NCBI GenBank assembly: GCA_050575255.1
Contig: JBNZDD010013686.1
Coordinates: 2,756,293 to 2,820,292, forward strand
Source: Harriotta raleighana
Lineage: Eukaryota
Direction: 5' to 3'
DNA: 64,000 bases
A model generated the notes under the pieces. That model saw nothing but the letters and a program-made list of their open reading frames with translations, was not told where the DNA came from and made no database searches. The translations under genes and the position numbers were made by a program. Below, in pieces: positions 34,271 to 46,760 of the stretch; the stretch's first letter is position 1, and every line of letters starts with the position of its first letter.

Positions 34271-35870
34271 AGAGAGCATTCCTTAGCTCGGCAAACTGGA
34301 GAACTCACAAGGGTCCTTTTAATGTAACTTGTTCAGCGGTGCTGGATATGTTTGTTAAATGTTATCCTTTGGTATGTTCTGCTCCAGTGAATCTCCATAG
34401 CACAAGAGTGGAATGCACTGCAAACAATGCACAGGGCTGCAGATAGCACAGCTTGGAGGGCAGAGGGTTTGATAACCACATTAAACCCCTACCAACATCT
34501 GTTTCACCAAAAGAAAATGCTATCTGCTGGAATTAACCTTGTGAACCCGCACTCATTAACCTCGCAGGCAAGAAACTTAGACAACAAGAGGCTATTTGTT
34601 GGTTAGTGGTGCACAGGGATCCGCAGTGCAATATTTTACTTTGTACAGCGTGAGAAGGGGACTACCCCTGCTTTATAAATTTTAAACACAGAATATATTT
34701 GTGTGGGAAATAAGAAGACAAAGACCATATACAAACATCCGTTTGTACCTTGACAATTCTCACTTCATTCATCATATTTAAAAGACAGCAGCACGCATAC
34801 GATGGTTTAAAGTTGTGGTAATGCTGCAAGAGGAGCAGTAACCATGATCCAAGTTATATTTCCCAGGACATGATGAAAATCGTCATCTCAGTGAATACAT
34901 CTGAGGTGAAGTTGGAAGCCTGGTCATGAGGAAACAACATTGTAGAAAAGGATAACATTTCCCCATTCTGGCACAAGTGCCTTGGGACGTCCTCCCGACG
35001 TGAAAGGCGCTATATAAATGTAATTTTGATTAATTGATTGATTGAAATATTGATTATAGTACAAAACAGATTACAGAGCATGGCAGAAAATTACAACACT
35101 CAGTGTGCTTATTCAAACTTTATTTTTTTTTTAAAAATGTAATAAATAGTTTGTGAATCTAATATGAATCCATAAGCAGTCGCTATGCCAGAAGAAGAAA
35201 ATTGCAAAATGCGACTGAAATATGCAGGACATAGAGAGCAAAACAAACAGCGTTCTAGGAATAAGTGTTTGATAGAAATCGGGATATTGGTAATCATCTC
35301 AGAAGAAATGATTATTTAGCCATGCTTCTCATCAAACACTGTGGGAAAGATCTAAAAGGAAATTCCAAATATGGTCAATATAATTAGGCAATTCCATAGG
35401 GAGGCAGGTTGACTGTTCAAGTACATCCAGAATTTCCATATGAACCAATTAAACATTATCTAGTATTCATAGAAAATGATGGATCTGATGTACCCAAACA
35501 GACAGCCTTTCACATAAAAGGCTAGTGATGACGACCTCCTTATTTATTATGTATAATGTATAATAATGGTAATTGTTGACTTCAAAAGGGAAAATGTGGT
35601 TGAGTTATTCAAAAGCTCACATAAACCATTAACATTAGTTGATATAAATAGAATAAGTCAGGGTTAATCTATGGCAAATACGTTTTTGCTGGTGGCACCC
35701 TGGGCTTTCCAGTGATACTTGAAAAGAACAGAATGTGACTCTTTAGGTGAATGGTTACATTGGTTTGTGTCAATAAACTTTGAGAAGGATGGATGACATG
35801 ACTCTTAAAGAACATTCCTGAAGGAATGAGTTACTAATTACTGTACATGAAGCTCATTTTTGACAGGTTG

Positions 35871-36083
35871 NCCGGATTATTCAGAAACAGGATTATGTCT
35901 AACTCATTTGGTGAATTTGTTTTTTGAGGAGTTGAGTACGATGGTGGATCTTGTATTATTGATAAATGATATCTACTGTNTTGGATTATTCAGCAACAGG
36001 ATTTGGTGAATTTGGTGAATTTGTTTTTTGAGTAGTTGAGTACGATGGTGGATCTTGTATTATTGATAAATGATATCTACTGT
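35871..36083. other. N-delimited near-identical duplication, likely two haplotypes assembled in tandem
   Basis: A ~105-bp segment is repeated across Ns at 35871 and 35980, differing by a small indel and SNPs. Confidence 0.8.
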
Positions 36084-36300
36084 AACCTTCATTTTCTAAA
36101 AAGGGCTTTAATAAGGTCCCATACCGAGATCTCCCGGACTAGATCCGGACACTGGGGTTAAGGACAGATGGTCACTAGGTGCACAGAGAGTTGACTGATC
36201 AACAGATGGCAGAGATTGGTCATTAATGGAAATTGATCCCATCAGGAGGGTGGGGGTGGGTTGCTGTTTCTAGCAGAGTCCTGTATGATTACATTATGGA
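35872..36300 (+). mobile_element. Old CR1 RT fragment
   Basis: Decayed CLTHLV..FFEELSTMVD..AFNKVP motifs matching the CR1 at 59575. Confidence 0.6.
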
Positions 36301-36653
36301 TTCCTTATACAGTACCAACTTATAATATGTATCAACAATCGTCATGCTCTCTGCTTATACTAAAATTGGGGCCAAAATAAAATGTAGAGAAATGGTAAGT
36401 AATAATAAGAATTCTACATTTGATATAGTGGCTTTCATGTTGGGAGGATATTCCCAAGTGCTTCAGAGGATGTGCTGTAACGATTGTGTATTCTATAGAT
36501 GTATGTGCACACCAATACCCCACAAACAGCAATAATTAATTTTAACAGATTAATTTTATTTAGGGATTATTGGTAGCATTCCTGCAATTTGAATCAGAAA
36601 GTTGCAGCGTGGAGTCACGTCTGTGTCAGGACTTCACAGTTAGGCTGAAACTC

Positions 36654-37290
36654 CAACAACAACAAAATTACACTTGTATAGCACCTTTCACGTCAGGAGG
36701 ATGTCCCAAGGCGTTGGACAGTCATTGTTTCAGACCTGGGCTAGGATCGGTGATGGGGTGAGTGGAGGGAAAGGGGGGGGGATTTGGGGTGACCGATGTG
36801 ACTGTCGAGAGGAGGATCTTGAGGTGGGACTTGAAGGAGGCTAGGGAGGGAGTGAGGTGAAGGAACTGCTGGATGGAGTTCCACAGGTTAGGGGCAGAAT
36901 GGCTGAAGGCTCGGGTGGAATTGGGCAATATTACGGAGGTGAGGGAAGGCAGAGCAGGTCACGGCTTGGATGTGGGGGAGGAAAAACAGTTGTAGACCTA
37001 GGTTCCTGACTGGTTTGGTGAGGATGAGTATGCAACCATGGAGATTGATGCTGCCAGTGTCTGATGTATGAATACGCTGGAGTGAGCCAATCAGGAGTGC
37101 CTCGGTCTTGTTGGCATTCAACTGTAGAAAGTTAGCTCTCATCCTGGTCTTGATATCTGACAGGCAGTCTGTCAGGATAGCAGTGCGAGGGTAGAGGCAA
37201 AGAAGTAGAGTTGGGTGTCATCCGCCTATGTTGGAAGTTGACCCACTGTCTGCGGATGATGTTGCCAAGGGGGAGCATGTAGATATTAAA
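36654..37290 (-). mobile_element. Degraded, internally deleted L2 (RT-domain fragments plus 3' end)
   Basis: Peptides LLFNIYMLPLGNIIR, MRANFLQLNANKTEALLIG and RAFSHSAPNLWNS in shifting frames; L2 tail at 36654-36722. Confidence 0.85.
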
Positions 37291-37470
37291 AAGTAATGCT
37301 GTACTGGGGCTGTGCTGCATTACCAGAGGTGCTGTCCTTTACATGACATATAAAGTTGAGTTCCCATATGCCTGTCCAGGTCGATGTTAAAGATCACATG
37401 GTACTATTTGAAAAGAGAAGGATTTCTCTTGGTGTTCTGGCTAATAATTACGGTGTGGAAAATTGCACCG
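37290..37470 (+). mobile_element. DeuSINE-superfamily (Deu-domain) relic
   Basis: gtactggggctgtgctgcattaccagaggtgctgtcttt..caggtcgatgttaaagatcacatggtactatttgaa..ggtgttctggctaata resembles, from memory, the Deu domain of AmnSINE1/SacSINE1. Confidence 0.6.
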
Positions 37471-39959
37471 TTTGCCTATACTTTACGATAAAATCGAGTG
37501 AAATCATTACAGACCTTAAAATTGTAACTCATCATAGGATGGCACAGCCCATATTAATTCAGCTAGCAGCTTAGCAACTTAAAATCACTAATATGAAAAA
37601 CAGCTCTTGAAGTATCAATACAATTTGCTTCAGCAATAAAAATCTATTTAAACAAAAAATTTCATAAATCACTTTAAAGTACACACATAATCATTTGGCA
37701 ATAATACAGAAGGAAACTTTTGTTGCCTAGAAGTTTCCTCTTGAAAAATCTGCAATACAGTTTGATTGACACAAGGGTATATTGTAAACAGGAGCCCTTT
37801 TTCAGTAGGAATATTTCCATTCAAGCCCTACTCATTACGCGGATAATTAAGTGGGGCTGTTGGGCTCCTGTTTTTTTGCTGTCAAAGAGTGAGTGAGTTA
37901 TGGAAGCTGGGAGTGACCCCTCCTCTCCCTATAACTGCCTCACCTGGAGTGCCTTTTGAGGACACCTGCCACTCTTAATGAAGATCCATTGCATGATTTG
38001 CATATCCTGATTTATATCTGCAACTTTGGGGCAGAAAAGAACTGTTCAGTGGAGTGAAAAGATGGATAGAATTACATTATAAGTGCTGTACCAGTCCAGG
38101 CAGCTGCTCTGCCTGAAGTGGGACTTTGGCTGGAAACACTTCTACTATTCTCTTTAAAAAGTTTGTGTTTTGATTAAAGACAAAGGCTTGTATTTGGTGC
38201 CCTGTTAGTACAAGCGAGAATGGCCTTTGCAGTAGATGAACTGTTTGGAAACTGCCACACACAGATTTGTGCTCTATTTACACGGTGCAAATTGATCAAA
38301 ATAACGAAGCCTTTGTTGGCAATACAGTTTTCTGTCACTTATGAATCAATTTGCTGCGTATATTTCACCAAGCTACTCCAGTTTTGTTGAGCACTGCATT
38401 CACAGGAAAGCGTTCTAATTTAAATCTGAAGTACTGTATTTGTTAAATGCGTAGACTACAAAAATGGCAATACTTTCTCAAAGAAGCAGGTGGAAATGTT
38501 CACTAAAATTCTTGTTCATTTTTGCTTTCCTCGATTTATTCTTCAAAATAAATTATTCTTAAGATTTTTTTGTATCTTTTATTGAGATACACTCTTATCA
38601 ATCAATCAATCAAAATTTTATTTATATAGCGCCTTTCACGTCGGGAGGACGTCCCATCTTAATATTGATGAATCAAGGGTCAAATGTATCAAAATAATGC
38701 AGCGTAGAGTAAATCACAGATAAAATAAAGGATTTATTCAGTACCAAGTCAATGCTGATACATTGTGGACATATTCACTGCAACATTTGGGAAATGTAGG
38801 CAGAGTGTTAACTCTTCTGAGCCAATCACCATACAATATTGAAGATGAAATTTAATGTATTATTGTTTTTCTCTTTGTCCTCACTCTTTCCATAGTAGTG
38901 ACCCATTGAAAGTGGTGGGAGAAATTAAATCACATTGTTTTTCTTAGTGCAAATGGAAGTGCTGTGGTGCAACAATCATGTTGGCACATGCACAGTGCAA
39001 TAGAAAGCTTTGACTGGACTGTGTGCTACAGATTCCATTCGTAGCCACACAGTCAGCATAAGGATTGAGAATAGATGAGGCATCTCCCTGCAGGAAGGAG
39101 GAAAATTGGTGTAACGACATAGTGAATTGTAGTATAAATTTTCACTTTGTAGTTTTCAGCTCAATTGCTTCATTAATCGTTAGCGTTACATAAATTATAC
39201 GATGTGCTGCTCTGAGTTATTGTGGAGATAATTATATCCTGCAATGTCATTCTTAGCAAAAATTGTAAGGTGTTTTGCATTGGGGAGAAGATTAGTTGTT
39301 CCCATCTACTCTAAATGTTATTTGCAATATGTAATATGCTTACAAAACAATCATTAAATTACCTAGTAATTATTATGGTGCTTTGAGACATTTTGATGTA
39401 ATAAAGTGCGCTATGAATTTAAGTTCTTTCTTTATACTTGAATCAAGCCCAAGATTGTACTAGTAAAAAATTACAAACGCATTGCACCCACCACATTAGA
39501 ATTGTTTCCTTATAAAGAATATGTGATACATAAAACCGACCTTAATAGGCTACTCAGCTAACAATATCCATTTGAATATTATTGAGAAGCTGTGGGTTTT
39601 CAAATGCTGAATTAACACCAGCCACAATCCTGACTGGTTAAATTATAGGCTAAAATATTTCAGTGGAGACCAATGGAAATCTCTTCAAGACTAATCTGCA
39701 TGTTTACAATAAGCAATGCAATTTCACATTGAGTCATAGGCAAGAGGGAAGTAGGGGGGGCGGATGGAAACAACACATGGGAATCAATGGAAGAAATGAC
39801 ACCAAGTTGAGATATGAGATTGCAAATTGTAATCAATACAACAAACAACAAAATGACATTTGTAGAGCACCTTTCACGTTGGGAGGACGTCCCAATACAA
39901 AGTATACTGAAACATTTGGCTTTGACAATTCCTTTTTGTATCATAGACTGTATTCAGAG

Positions 39960-40230
39960 ACCAACTATCCTCCCTCCCAGTTTAATTTTTTAAATTAACT
40001 TTAGCCTGCACGCTCTGAATCCCCCTCCCACGGTCCCCCTGCCTTGCCCCTCCCCATCCTCTTTCAAAACCCACCTGAAGGCCCTCCTCTTTGACCATGC
40101 TTTCGATCAACCTCCTTCCTCCCTCCACCCTCCCCAATCCTTAATCCCAGCTAGATCCAAAATACTGTCTGACCCACACCTTAGGACATCCCCCAGATGT
40201 GAAAGAGGCTACACAAATGTCATGTTGTTC
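39960..40230 (+). mobile_element. Degraded L2 3' end
   Basis: ctctgaatcccctccc..tttcaaaacccacctgaaggccctcctctttgaccatgcttt..ccttaggacatcc..gtgaaagaggctacacaaatg; similar pieces at 28560-28672(+), 32680-32840(+), 43385-43590(-). Confidence 0.7.
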
Positions 40231-42336
40231 TTATTTAGATATGTACTTCATAAGCATGTTATTTGGGTTTAAGAGTGATACAGAGATGTTTGAACATTGT
40301 TGTACATTCCTTTGCGAAACACATTTTTCTATTATTCAAATATTAAATGACATGTAAGGCTTTGCAAGAAATTATCTGATTTTAACAGTGGTTTGTTTGT
40401 CTGGATTTTTGTAAAGAGGAGAGATTGAGACCTGATCAACAATGACTCTAACAGTACGTTGCTATGCAGGAGTATCGCTAATTAATTGCTGTTGACTAGC
40501 AATGCTAACAGCCCGCTGCAAGGGTTTGAGCTTGATTGTTAATCTATGGAGGAAGTCAGGTGAAATGATTGGGAATTCAATCCTGCTGGTGGGGGAATAA
40601 CTATTGGCGTAACAATGTCACTGGGTTAATTAAACACATTAATAGGGTTGGGCGTTTCAATTTTTTGCTTTCCCTTTGACAATCTATTCAACAGCAGTCA
40701 CAACTATACATCGAATCAGGATAGAAGTATAAGTGTTGGTGGAAACTGGGACACAAAGGCAGCTCAACCACTATTTCCCCAAAAGAGAGGATCAGTTTAG
40801 TCCATTCTTGGTTAAATTAAAATAATTCTGGTCATTAAATCAAACTGTTCAGTGTGTTTTATGGGGAAATGGGGAAAAGATACCAGGGTAACACCATCAC
40901 TTTCTTTTTTAACAGTAGAAACAAAGCCTTAGTTTAATAATTAATCAATCTTAACAATCAATAAATCGCAAATGGCCTAATAAATGCTGCATACTGTGCA
41001 CAACAACTTACATTTATATAGTGTAGATCACATCAGATCGGTTCCCCATTGGAATAATTTAGAATTTGGAACAATATCTCCTATGTGTAGCCCTGGAAAT
41101 TCTATAAACAGATGACTATCAATTGAAAACTGTACCCACAACTTTGCACTCATTTTTCTGCTTGGGTCATAGCAGATGGAAAGGAAGTTGAGCATTTGAT
41201 TACTATAGATTTTAAAGCATTCAACTTGTAAATTTTGCCTCTATTTCTTCACCTCAAGCTAATGGATCATTTGGGGATTTGGTTATCTTTCCCATTCATT
41301 ATAGAGTATGTGATCAGTGATGGCTTCTCAGCACATGTCCCAAATCATAATATTGCTTCAGATGCTCAATGTGCACTATACTAAGTTTCCAACTTGTTTG
41401 TAGGAATCGCAAACGCTTCCGTTGTGAATATTTCAATGCAATTCTTCTATTCCTACAATGATTAGTGCCGACTTGAGTAACCATTTGTAACAGTGTTTGA
41501 AAGGCTTCGCACCCCATTATTATCCACCAACAAACAAACATACCAGTTTAATCCAATCACATCGTAGAAAACTTTAGTATTGCATGGCAATACTTTGTCA
41601 TGGATTGATGAGTAAACTTTGATTTGATGTTTCATGGGTGGATGTTGGCCTTTGTGAAAAGTAATTAAACCTTAAATGCAGTATAACAGTCAGGGTTACA
41701 TGGTTGACAGTAATATATACTATTGGTGTGCTACATGTTGACGTGAGGCCATGGGATTCAAAGGGTTAAGATTGAAAGCATCATTAATAACCACAACTGA
41801 GTCAAATCTTCTTTGCAGCTCTGAGAAGGATAATTGGCAATGAGGTAAGAGAATAAATTAAAAAGGTTCTTTTTTATTCTTCCTTGCTGAGCTGTGTGAC
41901 TCGGCTTGTTAACATGTTCTAGCTCATTGACTTCTTATGCAGCTTCTTAGAAGCCTTCTTTTTCTGCTTCTGAAAAAAGGAAGGAAGACTGAAAACAAAC
42001 AAAACAATTAACAGGGACGTAATCTCTTCCTATGATAACAACGGAGGGGCTTACTGAGTGAATGCTGCAGGACAGAATCAGGGCCAGAGTCTCATTAGCT
42101 GCTGTTGAGGAGTTTTTGCTTCAACTTTCCCAGGAAACCCTGCAGCCTTTAAGCACCGTCATCTAGTTTGACAGCTTTGCTTCCCCCAGCTCTCTTAGAA
42201 CTGGGTAACCAAACCAACCCCTTAAACATTTGGTTGTTAGGAAGGAATGGACCAAACTTCAGTCACAACTGCTTTAAGCAAATGAGTGAAATTTTGCATG
42301 CAAACTACAACCTCGGAACCGCTCAAGTTACTTAAA

Positions 42337-42362
42337 TACACACACATACACACACACACACA
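42337..42362. repeat. (CA)n microsatellite
   Basis: Direct inspection. Confidence 0.9.
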
Positions 42363-45300
42363 TCACCAAAATCATTCTTCATTCTTAAGATATTCTGAAA
42401 TCTGCTTCACATTTTAAACAGTTAAATGTTTAATTCATTCAAGGCTTAATCGCTTCTGCCATTCACTGAAGCTATTCACAATTCAATGGCTTCATTTAAT
42501 TGTCCTGGAACTTCAGGCTTGGAAAGGAGATTATAGTGAAAAGAAAAAAAAACAGAAGGACAGGCCAGGGTTTCATTGGCATCCAGATCACTGTTTTCCT
42601 CCATCAGTTGTCAGAAGGAGAGGCCAGTGAGAAAGAGGAATTGTTTGCTTATGACCATTCCCTTGTTTGCTTTTCAGAAATGTACTGTTTGTTTCTGGCC
42701 TGTACCTTTTACTAATTAAAAGTGCCAAGAGGTTTTAGCTAATTTCGTAATCATAATGTTTAGATTTTACAAAAACTTGCCATCTGCCAACAAATAACAG
42801 AAAACACTGAAAAAGTAACTTATTTAAATTATTTGAACACAGAAGCCTTAAATGGTAGGTGCTGTATTTTTTTCCAGACTCATTAGTTATGAGTACTGTA
42901 GTACTTTTAACTTTCAAACATTTTTTAAAATTTGTATATTCTTTTAAATTGTAATTGGAAAAGGATTTAAACCTCAAATAGTTGATTTTCTTTCTATTTT
43001 GCTTAATGACTTTTTTTTATTCAAACGAATAGTTCAAACTCCTTTGGCAATTTGGCAACCCATCCTTTGGATGAGAAGTTAAACCAAGGTACCATCTGCC
43101 TATTCAGGTAAAAATAAAAAATTCCAATAGAAAATAAAAGGCAGTTTCTCCTCTTGTTCTGGTCAACAATTCTTAAGATAAAATTAGTTAGACACAGACA
43201 TTTCATGACCACATCTGGGACATTGCCGCAAACAAATAGGCTATTGCACATACCTACAGACAGTCATTAAATTTCACAGAAACTTTGTGAAGTGCTTTGA
43301 TGTTCAACGTTATAAGTGCAATATCAAATTCAAGGATTTTTGTTTCAATCTTTTATCACTTATTATGAATTTGAATAAACAACACCCTTGGGAGGATGTC
43401 CTAAGGTGCTGGACAGTCATTGCTTTGGAACTGAGCTAAGGGTCAGGATTGGGGAGGGTGGAGGGCAGGGGGGGGAAGGAGGTTGATGGAAGGTATGGTC
43501 AAAAAGTAGGGTCTTGAGATAGGTGTTGAAGGAGGCAAGAGAAGGGGTGAGCTGGAAAGACTGGATGGATGGAGTTCCAGAGGGTGCAATTATGAAATAG
43601 AAATCTCACTCGTCTCTTGTAAATCTTTATTTCAGTTTCAATAGGATAAATAATACAGTACTTTCAGATATGATCTTTTCCCTGAGCATTTATTTTGCAT
43701 TCTAATTACTTCTATGTAATGTGGATTTTGCTTCAAACAATTCCAGGAACTTATTTCTTTGTGTGACATAAAAGCCTTCTGTATTCAAATAGTGCAGTAG
43801 CTCCATTTAAACACTCCGTAATACACACAATCTTCGCTAGCATAGATCCATATCCTAATTATAGGGAACTCATTGAAAATGTTTCTTAAGATACATCTCT
43901 CATTATTTTATGCCACCCAGTAACAATAATAGAGGATTTACACTATAATGCACCTTAATCCTACCATTAAAATGATGTCTCGGAAATTACAACTCAGCCT
44001 TTGTATCCAAATACAGTAGTTATTGTATATTGTATGAAACCCCAAACTACAAGTTACACATATGTTTTCTACAATTAGTTTAGGTTTCTACAGTTCTCAG
44101 ACACACCACCAGATGGACCTTGTAATAAAAGTGCCATCTTGCATTAACTATCAATTAGGCATTACCAACTTTGCAATTATTTTCCTTAATGATAAGACAG
44201 AGGCAAGCAATAAAGCCTTTTAAATCATTGAACTGTAAATGGAGATTAAGTGAATTTGAGTTGCAAACACAATGATTAAAGACATCAATTTATGAATAAA
44301 TCATGTTTTAAGCATGGCACATTTTGATGCAGTTGAAACGTTTAAAACACAAAGGAAATCTTAATACAGGTAATAGCCATTGGAGTGTTTGTGCCCAGAA
44401 ATGAAGGAGAAGGAAACTTCAGTACTGGAAAAAGAATGTAAATAATAGAGTAAACTGGAAGGATTGAGGGTGTATTTCTCGTTCTCAAAATGTTTTCATA
44501 AGTGACTTGCTAATCTTACTAAATTTGAAAGTTGATTCAACTTACCAATGATATTCCAAGTTACCATAACAAATCATTACTTTTTTATTGGAACGTGGTT
44601 CATGAAAATGGGAATGGGTTATTTAACTTTGCAAATTCATTCCTTTCTATTCATCACCACAGGTAGACATTTTAGGTACTTGACATTGCTACACTGCAGC
44701 CAAAATCCCTGGCATACCAGACAAGAAACTCACCTCCAGTGGACCCACTAAAAGCCTAGAGCATTTTTGTATTCGATGCTTGTCAGTAGACACAGTCTTG
44801 AGGGCTTTACTACTTTCACACATCCTCTAAACAAAACAAGGTCCTAAACTATACAAAATATGTCACTAGCATAAGCGTCCAGCTCATTCAAACCACACTG
44901 TCACTCATACAAACTTACTGTCTTGTTTTTACACTGAAACACTGTACCCTTCATGCACTCCTGTACCAAATGTACCGGCTGTTTTCTTTATGAGGCAGAC
45001 ACAGTGAGATGTCATGCTAGGCCCAAGCTCAAGCTCCTATATATTTCAGATGCCGGTTATTCATCCATTCAAAGTGACACAACTTTAAAATGAGGTATAA
45101 AACAATTTAATAACTCAACACTTTCAGAAATGTGCATCAGAAAACAAGCTAAAATCATGTTAATACCTCATACAGAAGTTTCTCTCTCACTGGATAAACT
45201 ATTTACAATTATGTACTTCACATATCCACTAGCTTTTCCCACCATGGAAATGCAAACACCTTCTAAATATGAAGCAAAAATACAAAGCAGGAGTCCAAAA

Positions 45301-45826
45301 CTGTAACCTGCAAAATAAAAAGATAACATACAAAATATAGCAATGGGCAAATGCACCGATAATACTTTTTTGTCTAAAACATTATTTCTCACAGTAGATT
45401 GCTGTCTGTCTGGATTTGTGTATCAATCGTTAAAGGTTCTAGGTGGGTGACATTAACTAAATTACCTGATTAGGAACCTGCTATCTTATAAAATGTGAAA
45501 GTACTTTTAACTGCTATGGCTTCTTGGTGCATTCCCATTATGTACACATTCTGATCCAAGCGTAATCCTGGTTCATGAAAATAAAAGCTTGACACCTGGT
45601 AGATTGCTGTTTTAAGTGCATTGCCTGAAGTCCTGCCAATACAACTGGAGTTGGCCTCTTTAACCTGTTGAGTCCTGAATTTGTTTTGCAGCTTTCAGAA
45701 TGTGCCTATTCCAGTCGTGTCAGTCTGGAATTTCTTTCTACAAAGTCACCGACACACGGTATCTTAACCATAGCTGGACTTGTGAATGTTTTGAATAGTG
45801 AATATTTGTTTCATTTTGGCAACTAG

Positions 45827-46140
45827 TGGAGTCCTGTAGCTTAGTGGTTAGAGCACTCACCTTACAAGCGTGAAATCTGTGTTCGAATCCAGGCAGGGGT
45901 GAAACCTTGGGCAAGTTTCCTTACTCCACATGCCAAATAATAATCCCTCAAAAAAAAACTATAATAAATTGGTCATTTCAATCCACAACTGTTTGTGGGA
46001 CACTGCTGTGTGCAATTGGCTACCACGATTTACCCACAAAAAAAACAGTCAATTCACTTTGCAGTATATTCTGTGAAGAGCTTTGAGATGTCTAGAAGAT
46101 CTGATAGGCTCTATATCAAATGCAAGGATTATTACTATTA
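45827..46140 (+). mobile_element. Full-length SINE family A
   Basis: tggagtcctgtagcttagtggttagagcac..gttcgaatcc..ctatatcaaatgcaaggattattactatta. Confidence 0.85.
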
Positions 46141-46434
46141 CAATTCATATATTTTTTCAGAAGCTCAGCATTTTTAAATTCAATAAATTGAAAAACAACA
46201 ACTTAGCAACAGCAAATTCTCTGCTATTGTCAGAAATCAAGGAAATTACAAGAAAGCTCTATTGTGTCTTAAAGAACATTTTTCTCTACAGCTTTTGGTC
46301 TAGTTCAGAATATAATGTCCAGCATTTCTCCATCTGCTCTAATCTGTTCTTAGCTGTAATTCTTTTACAAATTCTTTCGGGACTGTGTGTTGTCTTTATA
46401 AGAAGAAAGATGATAAATATGGCTTGATTCTCAC

Positions 46435-46760
46435 TTATTCCAATGATACTAAAGTCCACAAATCATTTAAGTAATCATGTCTTAATAGCTCGATGGGATT
46501 TGGGGGATGGTGAAACAAGCCAGTGGAACCACCAAATGCACCAAATAGCTTGGAGCACATTCCCTGTGGCTTATATTTCTCTTTCTTAATGGAGTTTATA
46601 AAATCAAAGAATGTATACCTAGGAATTAAAAACTTCCTTACAGAAACCCTATCTACTCTCATGCAACGCATTACCATCCAGATCTGTGGCACTGTGTGAA
46701 AGTGCAATGAAGCAGCCCAGGGATCAAGTCCATCTCTAGCCACATTCTTTTGTGTGACTC
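46435..46760 (-). mobile_element. Old CR1 3' end fragment
   Basis: Reverse strand begins gaatgtggctagagatggacttgatccctggg, resembling CR1 3' region. Similarly faint CR1 relics at ~5850-6125(-), 6370-6890(-), 29160-29450(+), 53640-53960(+). Confidence 0.4.
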
